From Takakia lepidozioides (lineage: Eukaryota; Plantae; Bryophyta), in the NCBI GenBank assembly GCA_030704615.1, contig CM060733.1:19778001-19842000 (forward strand): a DNA stretch of 64,000 nt, read 5' to 3'. Each line of letters starts with the position of its first letter. Within the stretch, counting starts at the first letter, position 1. The notes beneath the pieces are model-generated. The model saw only the letters and a program-made list of their open reading frames with translations. It made no database searches and was not told the origin of the DNA. Shown piece by piece: positions 52,288 to 64,000 of the stretch. A program made the position numbers and the translations under genes.

Positions 52288-52895
52288 ATGTTGTTAATTT
52301 TGAGTGTTAACGGACTCCTCTGCTACCGGCCACCCCCAATCGACAGTAAATTGTTTAAGGAAAAATTTCGTTTCAGAAATGTGACACTTCAAGTTCCTGA
52401 CAGACCGTTTGTGGTGCCTCGGCTTGGAGTCTTGGAGTTTCTGGACCTTGCATTGAAGCATTTTCACGTGGCCATTTGATCATGCGCTGATAGAGGTGTA
52501 GGATGTTGGAGAGCTTCGTCCCCACGGAAATAACGAAGAAGTTTTGCTTCATATGGTCTCCAGAGGATTGCAAGGATACCATCGGTTATATTAGGCCTGG
52601 GATGAAATATCTCGTGAAAGATATTCGAAGTGTTATTGCCAAGTACCCTGATAGACCATTTGCTACGCAGGGGAAAATACTTCTTGTAAATGATGAGCCA
52701 TCAAAGGGCCTTCGAAACCCACAAAATACTGGATTCTTCCTTTTTTCATTCAAGCCTTCACCAAACGGCTTGCGTGACCGGGATGATATGACAAAGGCAG
52801 TGTGGCCATATATATCAGAGATGGCTGGAGCTTCAACAGTCGTTGATTACATTAGCGAGAACCGGGCAAAGTGTTTTCATAAGCCTATTGGTTGA
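52288..52895 (+). pseudogene. Degenerate FCP1/NIF-homology (HAD-superfamily) domain
   Basis: LLILSVNGLL..R.GVLEFL...HFHVAI*S..FIWSPEDC..YLVKDI..ILLVNDEPSKGLRNP.NTGFF. TGA replaces the conserved Trp and the catalytic Asp is lost. Confidence 0.7.
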
Positions 52896-54308
52896 GACCA
52901 TGCCTGTTGGGCCTGGTATGGAAGATATCTTGATCCTCGTGTTTGGATCCCACAACAAAAGGAACCTGATTACCTTGGTAGGCATGTGGATCCCACTGTT
53001 TTGTTGTTTGTTCAGAATTTGATTTCCAATTCTTTTGCATTTGCATTTGCACTCTTACCTCAACAAATCCATATGCAAAACTTCCACTTTGGGCCTAACA
53101 TTTGTTATTTCAACCGCGTGTCCCCAATTACATTCAAGGAACGAATTCTAAAAGAGGAACAAGAGATGCGTGATTGGGAAGAATGGCGGGCGTGCCGGGA
53201 GGCTTTAAAGGCATCAAGTAGAGTTGGGAGTAACATTTCAGATGACAATGTCAGCTGGTTTCACCTTCCTGATAGTATCTTCGTTTTCTCTGGTGCGGAG
53301 ACCGTTGCAAGTGGCTGTGGTAACTGGAGGCGTCTTCGGACACATGCCTTGACTGCGAGCCGTTTGGGAGGAGGCTCAGTATTATTAATGAGTTAGTATA
53401 AGCCGTAACGGTTCTATGGCTTGTATGGCATTAAGTCCATGAACAGATGGACAGTTGACGTTCATTTTTCTGTTGGTCCATCGCCTTGAAAGATATAATC
53501 TCAAATAAAATATGAATGTTTCATATCATTAATCAGGTCTCGACAAACTCATTTTCCCATGTTGTCCTCTTCATCACATGCCATCATTGTTTCATATTTG
53601 CATCTGCCATTATTCCATGTTTGTTTGTGTATGTCATTTTGGATATCGAAGCTCTCATCATTGTTTGATTCATTGCATCCTCCCATTCCTTTTAATGAAC
53701 GTCAACTTGGTAGTGGATGTTCTTCTAAGACCACAATACATACTTGTATTTCTGCGTAGAATGTGTGGATGATTATATAATTCGTTGTTATATAATGCAC
53801 AAATAGCGAAATAATTATATATATATTTCTTTATTTATATTATAATTATATTTATTCATATATCTTATATTATTTCTGGACCAAACAAAAGTCCAGAATT
53901 AGTTAAAATAGTGTTAGGTTCTTGATTGCACTAGTTATTCACTATTTGCTATGTAGAGTTTGTGTCATGTATGTCTCCTTTTTAGTGAACTTGCAACCAC
54001 TACAATGAACACCTAGGAGGTATTCTTTCCTTCCATCTTGTTGTTCGCTGATTTCAAGTTGGGGCAAGGAAAATTGTGAGCTTTGTTTTGCGAGCAGGTC
54101 AAATTCTTACCCTCGAGTTCTCCTACATTTTGGGAATCTGCAAAGTCCAGAAAATTTAGACCGCTTTTAATGAGCTCTAGGAGAGGAAAACTTCAATTTT
54201 TGTGACCGATGTCCTTTATGGTTGGGAAGAGAGTTCCTTTATAAAACAATTACTTATGTGGAAAACAATAAGGAATAATGTAAGAACTGAATACAAGTCT
54301 GGTGTGGG

Positions 54309-54992
54309 TGTCGTGCGCATACATATCGCTACACAACTACATCGCTGTCCAAAAAAACCACACAACACATGTGCACACCACACACTAGTATACCACTAGT
54401 CCACCACTAGTCCAACCACTAGGCTACAACTAGTCAGTCACTAGGCTGCCACTATGCTGCCCACTATGGCAGTCACTAGTCCACACAATGATAAAGAAGA
54501 AGAATACAAGCACGAGCTCACAAAGCTGAAGCATAAACTCATGCATATATAACCTCATCACTCAAATACAAGTCAAGCCAAGTGCACCCCACGCCATGGG
54601 GAATCCACACTACGGCGCCATAGCTAGGCGCGGTGAGGCTCAACTCGAGAAAGATGAGCCTTCCGCGCTTGCCGTGAAGATAACCACTCCAGGGCCTAAA
54701 TCTGCCTTGACCCCTGGATTGACACTTGGGCCAATCCCAAATGTCAATATGTAAAAGCTAGCTATTTCCTAGCTAGTTTCACACTAGTGGTAAAATAACT
54801 TGACAGCTGTCGTGCGCATACATATCGCTACACAACTACATCGCTGTCCAAAACCACACAACACATGTGCACACCACACACTAGTATACCACTAGTCCAC
54901 CACTAGTCCCACTAGTCCAACCACTAGGCTACAACTAGTCAGTCACTAGGCTGCCACTATGCTGCCCACTATGGCAGTCACTAGTCCACACA
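54309..54992 (-). repeat. 3' LTR with ~180-bp direct repeat at both ends (A-B-A)
   Basis: 54309-54488 is nearly identical to 54808-54993. TG start follows the PPT and the end is CA. TATA-like tatatatg at ~54545. Confidence 0.75.
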
Positions 54993-55197
54993 ATCGCCCC
55001 CCTAGCTGGTGCTTAGGTCCCTCTAAGTCCAGGTAGCCACAAGATGTGATAGTGACCATAGCCTCACTAAGTCCTCCACCACTATCCCTACTACACTCAA
55101 ACTCGATAGATCAAGAGGCCGGGTGCAAGAGTTGCCCCATCGTTAGTCGCCGTCTTGCAACCTGTGAACTTGAGCTTGGGATCTCATGTATTGACTC

Positions 55198-56637
55198 CTA
55201 TGAGCTTGGCCTCCCATGTCTTGTTAGCTGCCTCCAGTCATGTCCACTGCCACTATCCCAAGCAGTGTGGACAAACCAATCTCCGTCAGGAACCTTCTCA
55301 AGAGGTGGTGTCAAGCATCCCATATGCCAACCCCTTGAGCATCGATCACACACCAGCATGGTGGCTGCCCCTTTGGCAGACCCACAGAGCATGCACCTCA
55401 AACCTGCAGGTACCACTGCCAAGTTTGGGTCAACTCTGCCATCGACATTGGGAAGGTGACATGGCGCACAATTACGCACATGGTCCTTCCAAGTCATGCC
55501 ATCCCGACCCTCCAAGATCAGGACCCCTGAGGGCAACACCTCTCGAACCCTCAGAATAACACGCCCTGCAGTAACATCCAGAGTCGTAGGAGCAGTCTGC
55601 TGCAAATAAACATAGTCACCAGGGCTAAACCTCCGAACCCCAGGACGATATCCTCCACCACGTATAGTGGCATACCTCAACGTATCACGGTGCTGTGCAA
55701 TGGCAAGGTTCTCAAAAGCCATGGGCATGACTTTCTTGAACAACTCTGCACGCTGATCACATGCACGTACCCACACGTCCGGATCGTCAAGGTTAAGGAC
55801 TTGAGCAGTGTCCCTACGAATGGCTGCAGGCAAATCCGGCTCTCGGCCAAAGAGAAGGAAATATGGTGAGAAGGAGGCAAGTGATGCTTGTTTGCTGAAC
55901 CTGTAGCCCATGGCTAACCAAGGAACCTGAAGATCCCAATCTCCTAGGTGTCCCTTCTGCAAGCCATACTTGCGCAAACCCCTCTTCACCGTCTGAACAA
56001 CTCTCTCTGCTAAGCCATCGGCCTCAGGATGATCCCGAGAAGTGGTGCGGTGGTCTATCAAGGCTTTATCACACAAAGCCTGAAACTCCCCCAAGAACTC
56101 TCTCCCTTGGTCCGTGAGTACCTCAGCTGGAGCACCAAATCGGCTAAGCACACGATCCAAGAATGCATACGCAGCCCCCTCACTAGCCTTGTCAGGCAAT
56201 GGAACCAACTCAATCCACTTGGAGAAGTGCTCCACCATCACCAACACATATCTGTGGTGGCGCATAGTCAGTGGCAACGGTCCTGCGAAGTCAAGACTCC
56301 ACCTGTAGCCCAATCCCATGATTGGTAAAGGATGCAACTGTGGTGTAGGGGCGTTGAATGAAGCACGCACCCTGTCACACACCATGCACCTAGCCACGAA
56401 CTGTTGCACCTCTGTATGCATACCACGCCACCAATACTGCCCCTGCAGTAAACTGTGAGTGCGTCGCACTCCAAAATGCCCCAACTCCTCATGGGCATGC
56501 CGCACTAACCGTGCACGCTGTGTGGGGTGAGGCACAATCCTCACCCGACCATCCTCCCACACTCGAAGTAGGTGTATCCCCTCCCACTTGAACCTCTTGG
56601 CTCGTTGCAGGATCCGATCCCTCTCCCTGGCAGTCAC
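55198..56637 (-). CDS. Retrotransposon integrase (HHCC + DDE) with C-terminal PHD finger
   Basis: [41 protein letters not shown], and PHD CMLC..CDRC..HMGC..DWF(CPHC). Confidence 0.95.
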   Translation of the reverse strand: MTARERDRILQRAKRFKWEGIHLLRVWEDGRVRIVPHPTQRARLVRHAHEELGHFGVRRTHSLLQGQYWWRGMHTEVQQFVARCMVCDRVRASFNAPTPQLHPLPIMGLGYRWSLDFAGPLPLTMRHHRYVLVMVEHFSKWIELVPLPDKASEGAAYAFLDRVLSRFGAPAEVLTDQGREFLGEFQALCDKALIDHRTTSRDHPEADGLAERVVQTVKRGLRKYGLQKGHLGDWDLQVPWLAMGYRFSKQASLASFSPYFLLFGREPDLPAAIRRDTAQVLNLDDPDVWVRACDQRAELFKKVMPMAFENLAIAQHRDTLRYATIRGGGYRPGVRRFSPGDYVYLQQTAPTTLDVTAGRVILRVREVLPSGVLILEGRDGMTWKDHVRNCAPCHLPNVDGRVDPNLAVVPAGLRCMLCGSAKGAATMLVCDRCSRGWHMGCLTPPLEKVPDGDWFVHTAWDSGSGHDWRQLTRHGRPSS

Positions 56638-56879
56638 AATGGCTGCCGTGTCTCCGTGCGGAGGTAGTCCAACACAGCCGAATCCTCATGTATATCTCTG
56701 GCACCACCTAGCTCATCACTAGCCTCAGGGTCCTCAGACACTCCGTCTACAGTCATCCCTGTTGTAGGTCCAACCTGACCTCCCGATGCCAAGATACACA
56801 AAAATGCAGATGCGTGCCATCCCGGCACCATCTCCTCGTCCGTCTCACCATGCCACCGAGCTCCAGTGTCATCCCTGCT

Positions 56880-58305
56880 GCATGGATTGCGACTCAATCC
56901 ATCCGCATCCCGATTGACCAAACCCGGTCGATGCACAACCTGAAAGTCATACTCCTGGAGTATAAGTGCCCACCGTGCAAGCTTCCCCGTAAGCTTCTGA
57001 CTCCATCAACCACTTGAGTGGCTGGTGATCCGTGACAAGGGTGAAAAGATTGCCGTATAGATAGCACCTGAAGTGTGCCACGGCCCACACTGCAGCTAAG
57101 CACTCTCCCTCATATGAGCTGTACTTAGCCTCTGCAGCGTTGTTCGAGCGGCTAGCGTAAGCCACTACGAACTCTCTTCCCTCATCATCCACCTGTGTGA
57201 GCACCGCTCCAAGCCCCAGCATGCTCCAATCCGTATGCAGCTGAAAGGGACGCCCCCTGATAGGTCGTCTCAGATAGGCGCCGAGGTCAACCTCGCCTTG
57301 AGCTCTTGAAAAGCTCGTTCCTGCTCATCTTCCCACTGCCACTCCTGGTCCACCTTGGTCAGCTTGGTTAGAGCCTTTGCAATGGTACTAAATCCCTTGA
57401 CAAACCGTCTATAATAGTTTGCCAACTCGGCTCACATCCGTGGGGCGTGGAATTTGTGCAATGGCCTCTACCTTAGTCTGCTGTACCCCCAATCCTCCAG
57501 GATATATCATGTGACCCAGATACTCAATCTGGTTGTGGAAAAACTTGCACTTCCCCGGATGCAACTTCAATCCGTGCGCTCTCAAGCGCTCCAATACCAC
57601 CTGAAGGTGTCTCTCATGCTCCTCCATCGTAACACTAAAGATGATGATGTCATCTATGTAGCACCGAGCAAAGTCCACCCCTGCTAGAATCCTATCCATG
57701 ACTCTCTGAAACTCTGCAGGAGCATTCTTAAGCCCAAATGGTAAGAACCGCCACTGATATAGGCAATCCTTGCCGTGCTCATTGATCCCCCATCGTCTTC
57801 TGCTTGTCCGCCTCCTTGATTGGCAACTGGTGATATCCGGATCGTAAATCCAAAGTGCTAAAGCCTTAGCATGCCCGATGGCATCAAAGATCTCCTCTGG
57901 TGTTGGCATGGCATACTTATCGGACTTGGTCTGACGATTTACAGGCCGGTAATCACCGCACATACGTCTCTCCGTCCAATTGCCATAGACATCCTTCTTG
58001 GCTGGCATCACTGTGGCTGAAGCATACTCTCCACCAGAGAGCTCCACCAAACCTGCCTCCCAGAGATCTTGAGTCCTCATCTGAATCAAAGACCTCTCCA
58101 TGTCACTGTATCTATAGGGTCTCCGAAAGATTGGCGTGTCAGTGGCCAACTCAATACGGATCTCTTGACCCTTCAGTGCTCCCAAGTCCTTCAAACTGAA
58201 GGCAAAGCAATTCCTGTAAGCCCTCAGGAACCGCCGTATACGTCGTCTCTCTCCTCCGGTGACAATGGGTCCAATGTCAGGCCCAATTGTCCTCCGTAAC
58301 TGCAA
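56880..58305 (-). CDS. Reverse transcriptase and RNase H of the Gypsy pol (single-base frameshifts)
   Basis: [68 protein letters not shown]. Confidence 0.95.
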
Positions 58306-58639
58306 CCTTAAGTCCAGTGGGCTTAGAGGTAGAGGACGCGTCCGTGGTTGCTATGTTGCAACCTCTTGAGCAGTACTCCCTGCCTGCTCAGTCAATGACA
58401 AGGCCTCATCCTGCCCCATCATCTCATCCTTGAGGACCTCCTCAACCCGAGAAGAATCCCCAACCTCATCCATCACAGCCGCCTTGGCTGCCAACTCCCT
58501 CTGAACCTCGAGCACCTCCCACGTGTGCCATGGATGCATGCACCCCGTGGTCCTCACATGCTCGCCCCCACTCACTGCCTGTACCGTCTCGGTAGGCAGA
58601 GAGACCATGAGGGAAGTGTACTCCGCACTCTGCGTTGCT

Positions 58640-59600
58640 CAGCCAGAGCCAAGCTGATAATCCAGGTCAAGCAATTGAGATCCATTGCTTGCCCCAACAC
58701 TTGACGACGTGATGCCTCAGAAAGAGACGACACCGCCGTGGTACCAGTGGTAAAACCCATTGCCCGCTCACGCTCGTCAGCATTAGGCTCCACTAACTGC
58801 TGCAACTGAGCATCCCACAGGAGGCCAGGTCCACTATCCCGGAAAGCATGCGATCCTGGGAAGCTGAGCAGTGTAGGTAATGCTGCTCGTGGTTGACCCA
58901 CCTTGTTGACCACTGCCAAAGGCGAACGGTCATCGTGTCTCACACGCTGAGACTGCCTCCCTGTGTCCAGAATGTTATCCACTGTGAGATGTGCTGGCCG
59001 CTGCACCCCATCAAATGCACGCTTGAGCAGTGCGGGTGGCATCAAGTTAGTCCACCATAGCCGTGGACGATGAGCCCGTGACCCCACTGTGCTGCATCTA
59101 GCAACACTGCTGACCCAAGCCACGACCGGACTTGATGCACACTGGCCATCACCCTGGCCCGAGAATCGCCCATCAGTGGCACATTCTCCAAGATGTATGC
59201 TGGAGAGATACAGCTTGATGAAGCTGCAAGTGGCGCAAAACCCGCACCATCTCCCAAAACAGACCCGACCTCGAGTCTCGCAATCCATTGCCATGCCCGG
59301 CTGATGAATGCCCTTGGCAGGGCCAACCTGCCACTACCAGATCAATGGAGCCAACCCGCTCCAAATCCTGCGCCCCCAGCAACGAAATGTCTGCTGGCAA
59401 GGCCTGCTGATATCCACGAATTGCAGACACCGACAACAACTCAGGGTACCGCTGCACCAACTGAGCAACATGGCGAAGTGAAACGCGTCGTGCAGTCTCA
59501 TCCCTCTCCACATACAGGTAACGCCGAACTCGTACACCTGCTGTAACACAGCAGCCAATCCGGTGCTGATCCCGCCAAACAAGTCCAGAAGACAAATGCC
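58640..59600 (-). CDS. DNMT3-like DNA (cytosine-5)-methyltransferase domain embedded in pol
   Basis: Motif I LLDLFGGISTG (~59590), II YLYVERD, III PADI, IV IDLVVAGWPCQGHS (~59320), VI YILENV (~59185), VIII AHRPRLWWTN (~59055), IX ERERAMGF, X RRQVLGQAMD (~58695). Split over four ORF segments by three single-base frameshifts. Confidence 0.92.
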
Positions 59601-59949
59601 TTCATCCGGATACTGCCACACAATAGGTGTGGTGTCCAATGGAGACAATTGAGGTGGTCCTGGTGCAATCCCCACTCCTCCTCTCCTGACGGTACAAAAG
59701 CCTCCACCCAGGCTTGTTGCACCCGTCGATCAGCATCCCGCTGCAAATCCTTGCTCGTGCCCCACAATGGAGTCTGAGCAACCATGGTAGGCAACTCCGC
59801 CATACCATACATGTCATCCTGCTCTCCCGGAGGTGGTACATCCTCTGAATGAGCATTGCCCTCAAGCAACTCTCTAGGCCAACTCACTGCCGCTGTGAAT
59901 GCTGCTAGTGTCGGCATCTTGCCTCGCTGGGCAACCGCAACTCCTCCTA

Positions 59950-62302
59950 TGAACGTCACAGGGAGCTGCACACGCCGGCCCTCCCCTGACTGCCATGCAG
60001 GCCTATAGGAAGCTGACTCCTCCCAAAAATCCAGGGTGAAGCCCATGGGTACAACACTGCCCCACCAACCAGGACATCGTATGAGACCGCGTCTGTCACA
60101 ATGGCCTTGGCTCGCATCACTGAGCCATCTGTAGGGTGATCCGGCCGTAGTCTGATAGCCAACTCACGCCGTGTCATGCCCGAGCCTGCTCCGATCCTCC
60201 CAGAGACGTCTGTATCTGGAAAGGACAAGGCTCCATATCCGCCTCCGTGAGGCCCAAGCCTGCAATAGCAGCTCTGCCCAGCATCAATGGCTGAGCTCCC
60301 GAGTCCAACAAGACCCGCAGTGGCCGGTACCTCTTGCCTGCCGGTCCACTCAAACAGAAAATGCCATCCTGGTTGTCTAACATGACAACTCCAGGTGTCA
60401 CCATGGCGCGCTCAATGGCTGGCCTAGCTGGCAGCTCCATCAACCTGGCAGCTGCAGCTTGCCATGGCGCCGCCGTGGCAGTCTTGACCCTCAAATCCGA
60501 GGATCCCTCCGGCACTACACCTCCCACTATCTCCGCAGAAGATGAAGTAACCTCCCCACTCTCACAGAGTGTAGCTGCCAGCCTGAACACCTCAGCTGGT
60601 CTTACCCCCGGCGTCGCAATCATGGTAGCCGAGAACAATGGAGCCTGGCACACAGATGTGGCCGCTCCTAGCAGCACACTAGCTGCCGTAGCCTTGGCAA
60701 CACTAGGTAGTGGTGCTACCCGTGTAGCTCTCCCCAATGGCATAGTAACCTCCGCCTCGGTAACAGTCGGGCGAGAACTAGGTGCCATGGATGGCGTCGA
60801 CACTGTCTCCGCCAATGTGAATGACTGAGGAAGCCTAGCTGACGGCTTGCCTCCCCACGCTGTGGATCCAACTCCACCTCTGCACCTCGTGGCTCAGGAA
60901 CTCGTGCTGCTCCTCGAGTCACGGCTGCAGCAGACTCCACCTGCACTAGTGGTAGTGCTGCTCCACACATGAATCCCATGCCTCCCATATCTCCTCCCTC
61001 AGGAGCAGGAGGTGGACCATCCGGCCTTAGAGCCGGTACCACCTGAGCTGTAGCCATGGCAGCGAGCCTCTGCTCTAGCTGCTGAAGCCGGTTGGCCATG
61101 CCTTGGTCAACACCCTGACCTCCGCGTCCTTGGCCATGTTGAGCTTGCCCTTGGCCTCGTGGCTGGCCACCTCGTCCTCTCTGGGCTGCTCCACCTCGCC
61201 CCCGGCCACCATTGTTCCCTTGGAACTGGCCTGGGCGCAACTCAGGATGCAAACCATAACACTGGGCCTCTCCATGCCCGTGCTTGCCACAATGCCCACT
61301 GCAACTGTGCAGGCTGTGCATGTGCCGGCCCTTTGCCTCCCTCTGGGCAATCCTTCTTGACATGGGGTCCTCCACATGTCCAGCACACCACATCCGCCCG
61401 TTGTTGGCCAGCAAATGAAGGGAGAGACCCCTGCATCTGAGGTCCTCTCTGCCCTTCCCTGAGCTTCACCTGAGCCCCCTTGTTGCCTTGAGCACGTTGA
61501 GGTAGTGGTTGGCTAGGAGCACCACTACCCCGTGGTGTCTCCTTAGCAAATCCCACCATGACCACTCGTTCCTCCACCATGTTGAGCTCTATCCGCTCTG
61601 CCAGCAAAAACACATTTGCTAAGGTGGGTTGGGCCGCTTGTAGGAGAGTTGCATCCCGCACCCTTCTCCTCAGCTCCTTGTCCAATATCCCATACCAGAA
61701 TTGGACTGCCTGAGCTTCCGTAACCCCTTGGGTTACATTTATCAAGCGCCTCATGCGAGTGAAAGCCTCCCTCAAGCTCTCGGTCGGCTTCCGTTGGAAC
61801 TCTTGCAAGCTCCGCAACTTCTCTGTCCTCACCCCTTGGTAGTTCCCTCTCAACTCTTCGAAGAACTCCACAACAGGGTTGAAGGCAGGCACGGGTGCTA
61901 GTGCTGGTGCGGTAGTGGCTTGGGTGGACGTCGTAGCTACTGTACCACCAGTCCCACTAGCTGCTACTTGCTGAAGCTGCCGGTGCAGCGGCAGGTGTAG
62001 CCACTGCCCTCGTGGCTCTAGTGCCCCTAGTGATGGAGACATAGTCGGGTGACCAGTACATCCTCCACTCCTCGATCTCAACCTCATGCCCCCGCCTGAA
62101 CTCATGGTAATCATCCATAGGCGGCCCCTCAAGGTGCTGAAACAGCCCCTTCCATGCCATGAAAGGCGTAAATAGTTGGATTGCGCATTTGCTGCAAATC
62201 ACACCAACTATCAAACTCTTGGATAAAATCATCCAACTCGATGGTGCCCACCGCCCCAGAGTACCTTCGTGGCCCCTTGGTAGCTCCATACATCTCCTCC
62301 AT
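59950..62302 (-). CDS. Gag with two zinc knuckles, and retropepsin protease (frameshifted)
   Basis: FQRKPTESLREAFTRM, CWTCGGPHVKKDC, C..CGKHGHGEAQC, RG-rich linker, protease RVLLDSGAQ (~60300), YDVLVG. Confidence 0.85.
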
Positions 62303-62859
62303 TGTGTCCCACAACAATGGCAAAGAAAAACAACTTGCACCGCCGGTATGAGTCCTCCTGATTCACAATCCGAATCAGAAACCTTCCGTAGAAGACACAG
62401 GAGGTGAAGGTGGCCTAAACCGCACACCTCGTCTCGTGTACCCACTAGTATCGCTAGTGCTCGAACCGGCACTGTCCCCAGCAACTAGTGGCACCTCCGT
62501 GTTGACACTCAACCGGTCATGAACATGTCCCTAACCCCCTCTCCACAAGGTAACCGGGTAGAGAACCTGTTGCGGCTTATGGTTTGGAATACTAAGTTCC
62601 TAACATAGCCTACACCTGTACCTGCATCCACCGCAAGCACTCCTATGGTTGGCTGGTCATCACCTCAACCTCACCACAGGAGAAACAATGATGGTCTGGC
62701 TGGTCATCACCCCAGCCTCACCATCGACAGCATGCTCTAGGACTGGCCGGTGATCAAATCCGGACCAATCACCTATAAAAACAAGCGGCATGTTGCCTTC
62801 AGCCCTCCACGAGCTTCAAAATTCGGCCTTCCAGACCACATGCCAGTCCTTAGGCAGTC

Positions 62860-63350
62860 CACCAGTGCCTCCACGAGTCAGCACAGGCCGTCCACAGGTC
62901 AACACGGGCCACCACAGACCAGCACAGGCCCACAGCTCAGTCACAGCCGTCACAGCCCACAGGCCACACACACACACAGTGTTTTTCACAGCCTGTCACA
63001 GCCCCTCACAGCCCGTCACAGGCCTCAGGCACGGCCTGCACAGCCGTCACAGCCCCAAAGGCCTTTCACAGGGGCAGCACACACAGGTTCACAGCCCGTC
63101 ACAGCCCCACAACAGTCACAGCCACAGCACAACACAACATTTGTCACAGCACACAGACACGGCCTGTTTTCACACACAACAGTTTCACAGCCCCTCCATC
63201 ACAGCCCCAAAGGCCACACAGCCGTCACAGTCACAGCCCGTCACAGCCCCACAGGCCTCAGGCACGGCCTCACAGCCCTCACAGCCCGTTGTCACAGCAC
63301 ACAGGGCCTTCACAGCCCTCACAGCCATCACAGCCCCCCCACACAGCCCC
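62860..63350. repeat. Low-complexity (c/t)cacag(cc/gc) tandem array upstream of gag
   Basis: Dozens of cacag-based 7-12 bp units. Confidence 0.9.
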
Positions 63351-64000
63351 CCATCCATGGCCGCTCTGGCAGTTTAGCCATTTCTCCAAGGGGTTTAGCC
63401 ACGCCAAGCTAGGGTTTGTGTCTCTTGGACTCTAGGCTTCTTTCCACCGAGCTATGGCGGCTGTGAGGAAATCAGCAAGGTATTCTTGCTCTTTCGGCTC
63501 CCACACACCACCATAGTAGCCCTAAGCCATGAGGTGGTTGCCACAAACCAAGCCTTCTTTCTCACTTAGCCTCCCCAAACACGCCACTAAACTCAATGGC
63601 AAACAACCAAGCCCTGCTGGTTCCCAGCCCTTGTGAGCACTCATTCAAGCACTCTCCTTGGCCATAGCATCTGTCTTAGAGCCTATTCCAGCCCCCTACA
63701 CCTGCTGCTTCAAGAGTTGCGCTCCCTTCAAGCTTGAAGTTGAAACCCCAACTCACATAGGCCCTACAAGTGCTTTTCTTTCACTCCAAGTGGAAACCAG
63801 CCCTAGACCTTCCGTTCTAGCTCTCTAAAGCTTGAAAACAAGAGCCTCAATGGGCTGAAGGCATGCTCCACACATGCCCCACTCTCACCATAAGAGAATC
63901 AGCTCCTTTGCTTCATTTCTTGCACCCACAAACCTGAAAATACAAGCTTCAGCAGGCTGAAAGCATGCCACATGCCCTACAGGGAAACCAGCCCTTCCTT

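Larger units (their letters stand above)
54309..64000 (-). mobile_element. Ty3/gypsy LTR retrotransposon encoding a cytosine methyltransferase and a PHD finger; 5' LTR not seen in the window
   Basis: Collinear gag-PR-DNMT-RT-RH-INT-PHD, a PPT (aggggggcgat, ~54993-55004) and a 3' LTR with TG..CA ends. The extent beyond ~63400 is inferred. Confidence 0.9.

Noticed and set aside
58640-59600. Host DNMT3/DRM gene or bacterial restriction-modification methylase contamination
   Set aside because: It has no introns, UBA domains or DRM motif permutation, no separate start or stop is evident, and it is collinear inside a Gypsy pol.
55260-62302. Programmed ribosomal frameshifting as the explanation for the frame changes
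   Set aside because: There are too many shifts and they fall inside conserved domains; sequencing error or decay is more plausible.
62750-63412. 220-aa and 195-aa plus-strand ORFs
   Set aside because: They are translations of the stop-poor cacag repeat array.

Overview
Eukaryotic, intron-containing land-plant DNA, probably from a non-seed plant (inferred from the Tcn1-like chromoviruses and a PHD-bearing Gypsy element). Host genes: an A1 aspartic protease with a premature stop (4.7-7.6 kb), a plastid-type aldose/glucose-6-phosphate 1-epimerase lacking a recognisable C-terminal half (20-23 kb), an intronless NAD-dependent glycerol-3-phosphate dehydrogenase with a ~1.1-kb inverted pseudocopy beside it (23.5-28.1 kb), an SPX-MFS phosphate transporter (28.8-34.7 kb) and a TMEM135-like gene (37.4-41.9 kb). 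The rest is mostly transposon-derived: Tcn1-like chromovirus pieces and LTRs, LINE remnants, a long-TIR fold-back element, and a CACTA end followed by PPR and FCP1-like fragments. The main finding is the minus-strand Ty3/gypsy element from 54.3 kb to beyond 62.3 kb. Its polyprotein reads gag/CCHC - protease - DNMT3-like C5 cytosine methyltransferase - RT - RNase H - integrase - PHD finger, so it carries both a DNA-methylation writer and a histone-reader domain. All calls come from reading motifs by eye; no database searches were run.
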